This document shows, piece after piece, positions 58,096 through 64,000 of a DNA stretch of 64,000 nucleotides (within the stretch, counting starts at the first letter, position 1; each line of letters begins with the position of its first letter). A program made the translations under genes and the position numbers. The stretch spans positions 1-64,000 of the forward strand of contig CBDESZ010000005.1 in the NCBI GenBank assembly GCA_965242725.1. The letters are read 5' to 3'. Under the pieces are notes generated by a model, which searched no databases, was not told where the DNA came from, and saw nothing but the letters and a program-made list of their open reading frames with translations. This DNA comes from Alkalispirochaeta sp. Its GTDB lineage: Bacteria > Spirochaetota > Spirochaetia > DSM-27196 > Alkalispirochaetaceae.

Positions 58096-60141
58096 TTGAG
58101 TAAACATGATGATGTAGATCAAACCGTTACGACTGAAGCGGGCGGGGATTCTACACCTGAGCGCGTAGTACCGGAGGCGACGGCCGTCGCATCCGAGTCT
58201 CGGACAACCGAGAAGACTCCCGACGGGGAGGCAATTCTCCGGGAGAAAGACCGGGTGTCCAAGTATCGGAACAAGCTATCACCCTTCTGGAAATACGTGG
58301 TGATGGTGATTTCGATTATCTTTGTTTCGTATCATATGTATACGTCGCGATTCGGAATGCCCGATATTATCAAGCACCGGGCCATTCACGTTGCCTTTGT
58401 GCTGGGTCTCGTGTGGATTTACTATCCCGCGACAAAGCGATCACCCCGTTCACGCCCGAGCGTGGTCGATCTCGGTCTGATTGCGGCAACCCTGGTAATG
58501 ATCCTGTATACGTGGTTTACCCGGGACCTCTTCCTCCTTCGAGGCGGGGTGGCGGTGGCATCCGATTACTGGATCGGGGGTATGACAATTCTGCTCGCCA
58601 TTGAGGCGTGTAGACGAGCCGTCGGACCCGGTCTTCTCGCTCTTGTCATTATCTTTATCTTCTATGCCTGGCTTGGCCCATACGCACCCGGCGTATTCGC
58701 CCACCGCGGTCATTCGGTAGAGCGGATCATCTATCAAATGTATCTCACCAGCCAGGGTATTTTCGGTATACCCATCGGCGTTTCTTCGACGTATCTCATC
58801 ATCTTCATCATCCTCGGTGCGATGCTTGAGAAAAGCGGGCTGGGTAAACTCTTTAACGATATCGCCATGTGGGCGGGTGGACGTCTTACCGGCGGTCCCG
58901 CCAAGGTTGCCGTTGTGGCAAGCGCCCTCGTTGGAATGATTCAGGGCAGCGCCGCGACCAACGTCGCCACCTCCGGTGCCTTTACGATCCCCCTCATGAA
59001 GAAGGTCGGGTACAAGCCCTTCTTTGCCGGGGCGATTGAAGCGGCCGCCTCGACGGGTGGTCAGTTCATGCCCCCGATCATGGGTTCCGTTGCGTTTATC
59101 ATGGCGGAATTTCTCGGGGTTCGCTATCTCGGTATCGCCGCGGCGGCGATCATTCCCGCAATCCTCTATTTCGGCGGCGTCTTTTTTCAAATCGACCTGC
59201 GTGCCCGCCGGATGAAGCTTCGGGGACTCTCAAAGGATGAGATGCCCGACGTGAAGAGCACCGTGCTCCGGTACGGACAGATGATTATCCCCGTATTCGT
59301 GCTGATCTTCCTTCTCATCGAGGGACGAACACCGCTCTACGCCGCGTTCTTTACCGTTGTGACGACGTGGCTGCTCTCGTGGATCAGAAAAGAGACGCGA
59401 ATCGGGCCGGCAGCGCTCAAGGATGTCGCGATCAACTCATCCCGGAACATCCTTGGTATCGGTGTTGCCATGGCAAACGCCGGGTTTGTGGTAGCGGTCC
59501 TTTCCATGACGGGAATCGGCGTTATCCTCGCGGACAACATCGTACGTCTCTCCGGAGGATACCTCTTTATTGCGCTGCTCCTGAGTATGGTCGTCGCAAT
59601 CATTCTGGGGATGGGACTTCCCACCAGTGCGTGTTACGTCATCGCCGCCTCGATTACCGTACCGATTCTCCGGGCGATGGACGTTCCCGCATTTCAGGCG
59701 CACTTTTTCGTACTCTATTACTCCGTAATCTCGACGGTAACACCACCGGTCGCATTGTCGGCGTATGTCGGTGCCGGTATGGCGGGAGCTGAACCAAACA
59801 AGGTCGGCTGGACCGCGTTCCGTCTCGCCATTGCCGGATTTATCATTCCCTTCTTTTTCATCTACAGCCCGGAAATGCTGCTCATTGCCGAGAACGGCTG
59901 GCAGATAGCCTGGGCAACGGTGACTGCATTGGCAGGTATCGCTCTGCTCGCCGTCGCTGCTGAAGGGTACTTCACCGTCGTATTGCCGCTGTGGAGTCGT
60001 GCGATCTTCCTTGCCGGTTCATTGATGCTCATTGCTCCCGGTGTATTCGGGGACTTTATCGGTCTTGGACTCGCGGCTCTGGCATGGTTGAGCACCTTCC
60101 TGGTGAAACGCATGGCCGCCAATAAGATGGTCCAGGCGTAG
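58096..60141 (+). CDS. TRAP transporter 4TM/12TM fusion permease
   Basis: GIFGIPIGVS, GGPAKVAVVAS, AAASTGGQFMPPIMG, LGMGLPT, TPPVAL. Confidence 0.94.
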   Translation: MSKHDDVDQTVTTEAGGDSTPERVVPEATAVASESRTTEKTPDGEAILREKDRVSKYRNKLSPFWKYVVMVISIIFVSYHMYTSRFGMPDIIKHRAIHVAFVLGLVWIYYPATKRSPRSRPSVVDLGLIAATLVMILYTWFTRDLFLLRGGVAVASDYWIGGMTILLAIEACRRAVGPGLLALVIIFIFYAWLGPYAPGVFAHRGHSVERIIYQMYLTSQGIFGIPIGVSSTYLIIFIILGAMLEKSGLGKLFNDIAMWAGGRLTGGPAKVAVVASALVGMIQGSAATNVATSGAFTIPLMKKVGYKPFFAGAIEAAASTGGQFMPPIMGSVAFIMAEFLGVRYLGIAAAAIIPAILYFGGVFFQIDLRARRMKLRGLSKDEMPDVKSTVLRYGQMIIPVFVLIFLLIEGRTPLYAAFFTVVTTWLLSWIRKETRIGPAALKDVAINSSRNILGIGVAMANAGFVVAVLSMTGIGVILADNIVRLSGGYLFIALLLSMVVAIILGMGLPTSACYVIAASITVPILRAMDVPAFQAHFFVLYYSVISTVTPPVALSAYVGAGMAGAEPNKVGWTAFRLAIAGFIIPFFFIYSPEMLLIAENGWQIAWATVTALAGIALLAVAAEGYFTVVLPLWSRAIFLAGSLMLIAPGVFGDFIGLGLAALAWLSTFLVKRMAANKMVQA

Positions 60142-60268
60142 CGATATACAAGTTGTCGAAGGGTCCGGCGCGCGGAAAGCGCCGGACCTCCCATAATGGA
60201 TGGAACCGTCGGTAGCGGCGGTTGATTATAGGAATCAATGCCTACGGGCAGAAAGAGGAGGAGTAACG

Positions 60269-61279
60269 ATGTTACAGCTCATGAAGAAAGCCATAGTTAT
60301 GGCTCTGGTACTTGGCGTGGTCCTCGCCGGTGTGACCTTTGCCGGCGGCCAGCAGGAAGGTGGTCAGGCGGCAGGCAGTGCACCGTCGGGACCGATCTTT
60401 ATCACCATGGGAACCGCCGGTGTCGGTGGTATGAACTATCCCACGGGTATCGCCATGGCATCCCTCTGGAACGCCAACATTCCCGGAATGAAGGCCGTTG
60501 CCATCGCCACCGGTGGAAGTCCCCACAACATTGACCTGTTGCGGACCAACGACGCCGACGTTGCGGTTTGTCGCTCCCTTGAAGCGTACCGCGCGTATAT
60601 CGGTGAAGAGCCCTATCCGGAAGAGATGCCCTGGATGCGTGCCCTTACGGGTGGTCTCTTTATCGACGTCTTCCAGGTTGTGGCGTCCAAGGACAGCGGT
60701 ATCAATTCCGTCGCAGACTTTGCGGGCAAGCGAATCGTCGTCGGTCCCGTTGGTAGCGGTGGTGAGGTTGATGCACGGGAAACCCTTGCAGCATACGGTC
60801 TGACCTATGACGACATGGACGTCAGCTTTGTTGAGTTCTCCCAGGGTATGGACATGCTCAAGGACGGACTTGCTGACGCCGGTATCCTCGGTGTTGCCCT
60901 TGGTGCCTCCACGATGCAGGAGCTCATGCTCGACGGACATTTCAAACTGATTCCCATCGACGATGAAGGCCTTGCAAATCTGAAGCAGCGCAACGAGTTC
61001 TACATTCGTGCACGGATCCCCGCGGAAACCTATCCCAACCAGCCGGAAGCAGTACCGACCGTCGGAACGCCTCCGGACACGATTATCGTTCGTGCGGACA
61101 CGGACGCGGACCTCGTCTACCAGATGACCAAGACGCTGTACGAGAACCGGCCCGCAATCCATGCAGTTTCCCCGCTGCTCACGCAGTTCACCGAGGAACT
61201 GGTACTTGAAGAAATGCTGATCCCCTATCATGACGGTGCCAAACGGTACTTTGTTGAACAGGGTTGGCTGGAAGAATAG
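60269..61279 (+). CDS. TAXI-family TRAP solute-binding protein
   Basis: MGTAGVGG..Y..G, ATGGS..N, G..GSG, TYPNQ, PYHDGAKRYF. Confidence 0.93.
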   Translation: MLQLMKKAIVMALVLGVVLAGVTFAGGQQEGGQAAGSAPSGPIFITMGTAGVGGMNYPTGIAMASLWNANIPGMKAVAIATGGSPHNIDLLRTNDADVAVCRSLEAYRAYIGEEPYPEEMPWMRALTGGLFIDVFQVVASKDSGINSVADFAGKRIVVGPVGSGGEVDARETLAAYGLTYDDMDVSFVEFSQGMDMLKDGLADAGILGVALGASTMQELMLDGHFKLIPIDDEGLANLKQRNEFYIRARIPAETYPNQPEAVPTVGTPPDTIIVRADTDADLVYQMTKTLYENRPAIHAVSPLLTQFTEELVLEEMLIPYHDGAKRYFVEQGWLEE

Positions 61280-61293
61280 TTCCTTTGTTACCG

Positions 61294-61323
61294 GGCCGTC
61301 TTCGTCATTTGACGAAGGCGGCC
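61294..61323 (+). terminator. Strong hairpin after the TAXI gene (weak U-tract)
   Basis: GGCCGTCTTCGTC/GACGAAGGCGGCC. Confidence 0.55.
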
Positions 61324-61372
61324 TTCATCGGTCACCATGGTTGGACGTATGTTATAATTGTCGAGAGGTTGT

Positions 61373-62086
61373 ATGGTCACCAAGAAGAAACCGAAAAAAC
61401 CAACGCTGATATCCGTTCGTGATCAAATATACGAGGGAATAAAAGAGATGATTCTGACCAACTCATACGAGCCTGGGCAGATTCTGCAAATAGATCGTCT
61501 GGCCGATGAGTTTGGTGTGAGCAGCACTCCCATTCGGGAAGCGCTTATCCGCCTTGAGAGTTTCGGTCTTGTCACGCTTATTCCCAACAAGGGCGCCCGC
61601 GTCGCCGAAATCAGTATTGATGACGTTGAACATACCTGGGAAATGCGAATGCTTCTTGAGCCCCACGCCGCCCGGGTGACTGCAGGACTCTCAATCGATG
61701 CCGAGCTGGGACCTATATACCGGACCGTGGAGTGGATTCTCCAGGGGAATTACGATTTCGAAACCTACATTGACAGCGATCTCAAACTGCACGAACAGCT
61801 GTACACCCATCTTCCCAATCCCATCCTCAAGGAGACGGTGCAGCGGGTTCACCAGCTTTCCATGCGGATGCGATACTTTCCGGAAGGGTTCTCCCAGATG
61901 AAAGACGCCGTCATTCACCGCGTGTCCGAAGAACACATGGCGATTCTTGACGCGCTGATGTCTCATAATCCCGATCAGGCGGCGGAGGCGGTGCTGGTCC
62001 ACATAAGTCACGGGAAAGACCGCGCCGTGGAATGCCTGCGGGAAGTTGAAATCGCCGGAGCCGGCGCGGAGACGGGACGTCAGTAA
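61373..62086 (+). CDS. GntR/FCD family regulator
   Basis: LADEFGVSSTPIREALIRL..GLV..PNKG; EEHMAILDAL. Confidence 0.93.
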   Translation: MVTKKKPKKPTLISVRDQIYEGIKEMILTNSYEPGQILQIDRLADEFGVSSTPIREALIRLESFGLVTLIPNKGARVAEISIDDVEHTWEMRMLLEPHAARVTAGLSIDAELGPIYRTVEWILQGNYDFETYIDSDLKLHEQLYTHLPNPILKETVQRVHQLSMRMRYFPEGFSQMKDAVIHRVSEEHMAILDALMSHNPDQAAEAVLVHISHGKDRAVECLREVEIAGAGAETGRQ

Positions 62087-62206
62087 TACGTCAATACGCC
62101 GGCGCTCCTTTTCCCGCATTATTGAATAACTCCACCCTATCGCCTCTTTGTAAAACATTAGAAAAACAGTAATATATACTCCGAATCTTCGATGAAGGAG
62201 TATATT

Positions 62207-62710
62207 ATGGCCGGCGGACAAGGTAACAGAAAATTCCACAGCTCGCCTCAACGTGACCGGGAACGTCGCCGCGAAAAGGAATCGCGACGGTACCGGAAGA
62301 AAATGATGCGGACTGTCGTCGTAATCGGTATCGCCGTCATTCTTCTGGGCGGTGCGACACTCGGTCTTACGGCATACAACCGGAGTCAGGAAGACCTGTA
62401 CGATCTTTCCGTCGTCGGCGCGGGTGTGCCGGTAGTCGTGCAGGTGCACGATCCCACCTGTCCCTTCTGTGTTGAACTGCGGGGGAACGTCGAATCAATT
62501 ATGGATGAATACGAAGATACCGAATTGAGAATACGCTTTGCTGAACTGCAAAGTGACGAAGGGGCACTTTTTGCCCGCCGGTACGGAGCGGGGCGCGTCA
62601 CGCTTCTCTTTTTCAACGACCAGGGAGAGCTGCGGGCGCAGCAGGCGGGCGTTCAATCGGTAAATCAGTTGCGCCGTACCTTTGACCGTCACCTTGCGGG
62701 AGACATATAG
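62207..62710 (+). CDS. Membrane-anchored thioredoxin-like protein
   Basis: Basic N-terminus, TM helix, HDPTCPFC. Confidence 0.75.
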   Translation: MAGGQGNRKFHSSPQRDRERRREKESRRYRKKMMRTVVVIGIAVILLGGATLGLTAYNRSQEDLYDLSVVGAGVPVVVQVHDPTCPFCVELRGNVESIMDEYEDTELRIRFAELQSDEGALFARRYGAGRVTLLFFNDQGELRAQQAGVQSVNQLRRTFDRHLAGDI

Positions 62711-62733
62711 GTCGGTACCGACCAAAGAAAGGC

Positions 62734-62765
62734 AAAAAAAGACCCGGCCTGAGCCGGGTCTTTTT
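62734..62765. terminator. Bidirectional terminator
   Basis: A7-GACCCGGC-ctga-GCCGGGTC-T5. Confidence 0.88.
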
Positions 62766-62794
62766 GTTTCAACAGAATCTTATTGTCAAAGGAC

Positions 62795-63568
62795 TTACTG
62801 CATTTTCAGTCGCGTGGAGGCGAGCTGAATCATGTTGAAATAATCCTTGAAGTCGGAGAGGGTCGCGCCCGTCGTTGCATCGGCAACGGTCCAGGTGTCA
62901 CCGTCTTTGGCGATCTCGTCGAGGGCGTAGCGGACACCGTTTGCCTCAGCGGCGGCTTCCACCTCTTCGATGTTACCGAGCCACGTCTTGCCGAAGTCCC
63001 AGTATGAAGAACCGCGCTTGTACAGGCTGCCGTAGGAGGTGGTGGTAACGGGCATGGCGTCGCCGCCGAACTCGGTCATAATCTGGAATGCGCCGTCTGC
63101 GATGCCGTCATAGTACGCGGCCATCGTCGCCTGGTTGCGCACGATCAGCAGCTCCAGGTCCTGGTTGCCGACAGGTTCACCGTTCTCGCCGGCTTCCACG
63201 TAGGTGATTGCCGTTCCGACGGTCGTACCGACATAGGTGGTTCCGTCATAGCTGACGTATTTCGCAACATACGTGGTATCCCCGTGGGATACGTAGCTTG
63301 CGGTATTGTCTTCATTCCATTCGGCGGCTTCGATATCTACGGCGGCCAGTGTGTGGGGGAGGAACGCCTCGTTCAGCGTGACGCTGATGGTGCCTTCCGC
63401 GTCGGTCTCGACAACTGCCTTACCGACGTAACCGCCGTGTACGTACTGATACGCCTCTGCAGTCTGATCAGGAGCGTAACCCGTAGGGGCCGCAACTTCT
63501 TCACTTCCACAACCAACGAGCACTACAAGCACCAGCGCAGCGGCAAGTACAGAAATAAATGAACGCAT
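62795..63568 (-). CDS. Lipoprotein with a candidate FMNylation motif
   Basis: Lipobox LVGC; C-terminal DATTGATLS. Confidence 0.75.
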   Translation of the reverse strand: MRSFISVLAAALVLVVLVGCGSEEVAAPTGYAPDQTAEAYQYVHGGYVGKAVVETDAEGTISVTLNEAFLPHTLAAVDIEAAEWNEDNTASYVSHGDTTYVAKYVSYDGTTYVGTTVGTAITYVEAGENGEPVGNQDLELLIVRNQATMAAYYDGIADGAFQIMTEFGGDAMPVTTTSYGSLYKRGSSYWDFGKTWLGNIEEVEAAAEANGVRYALDEIAKDGDTWTVADATTGATLSDFKDYFNMIQLASTRLKMQ

Positions 63569-63798
63569 TGTGAATAACTCCTTTAGGTAGAATAATGAAC
63601 AGCACATTGCTGTTACAAAGATATATAACGCACTTTATGTGAAATGTAAAGGGTAATAAAATAGATTTGTCGCAAAATAATGTGATAAAAATCATGATAA
63701 AACGGCTTAGGTATGGAAGATGTTGTGCTGATTTAATATAAAGGTCCTTCCCTTTCCGGCGGAACTTCCCGTGAGTACATTTAGTACGTCGGAACGCC

Positions 63799-64000
63799 AT
63801 GGAATACAGCAGGAATGGACATACCTACACGAACCGTGCAGCCCGCGCCGACGCCATAGGGTTCTTTACCGACAGCGCCGCATACTTTGCCGCCCTGGCG
63901 GATGTCATTCCCAAAGCTCGACGCAGACTCATACTTGTAGGGTGGAGTTTCGACGATCGAGTTGTGTTGCGTCGTGACGGCAGGAACGGCGACCGGAATT
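63799..64000 (+). CDS. Phospholipase D-like protein, N-terminal part (runs off the window)
   Basis: Manual translation ..RADAIGFFTDSAAYFAALADVIPKARRRLILVGWSFDDR resembles PLD N-termini (DG..YF..L...I..A...I.I.GWDF). Confidence 0.6.
   Translation, partial: MEYSRNGHTYTNRAARADAIGFFTDSAAYFAALADVIPKARRRLILVGWSFDDRVVLRRDGRNGDRN

Overview
GC-rich bacterial chromosomal window, most likely a free-living anaerobic spirochaete (Spirochaetaceae). This is inferred from the 'FAGGQQE/FGSGSAE' solute-binding-protein signal peptides and the rsmI-flgM and lspA neighbourhoods. It holds about 60 mostly housekeeping or metabolic genes and one tRNA-Ala(GGC). No CRISPR array, transposase, integrase or prophage is visible. 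Main content: an AraC-xylA-xylB locus with a eukaryote-like xylulokinase; a trimeric [FeFe]-hydrogenase whose NuoF-like subunit is fused to a GltD/NfnL-like module; a GNAT-RimK-like fusion; two separate 'aminotransferase + ThDP enzyme + transporter' catabolic clusters (one with an osmoprotectant-type ABC transporter and an aldehyde dehydrogenase, one with a TAXI-TRAP transporter and GntR); and a CPA2 antiporter coupled to a PTS-EIIA/PII-like fusion. At least 11 genes have a -10 box 5-8 nt before the start codon, suggesting widespread leaderless mRNAs. There are two candidate structured RNAs. A 4.5 kb stretch (about 21.4-25.9 kb) is full of indels, probably assembly error. All calls come from motif recognition by eye; no database searches were run.
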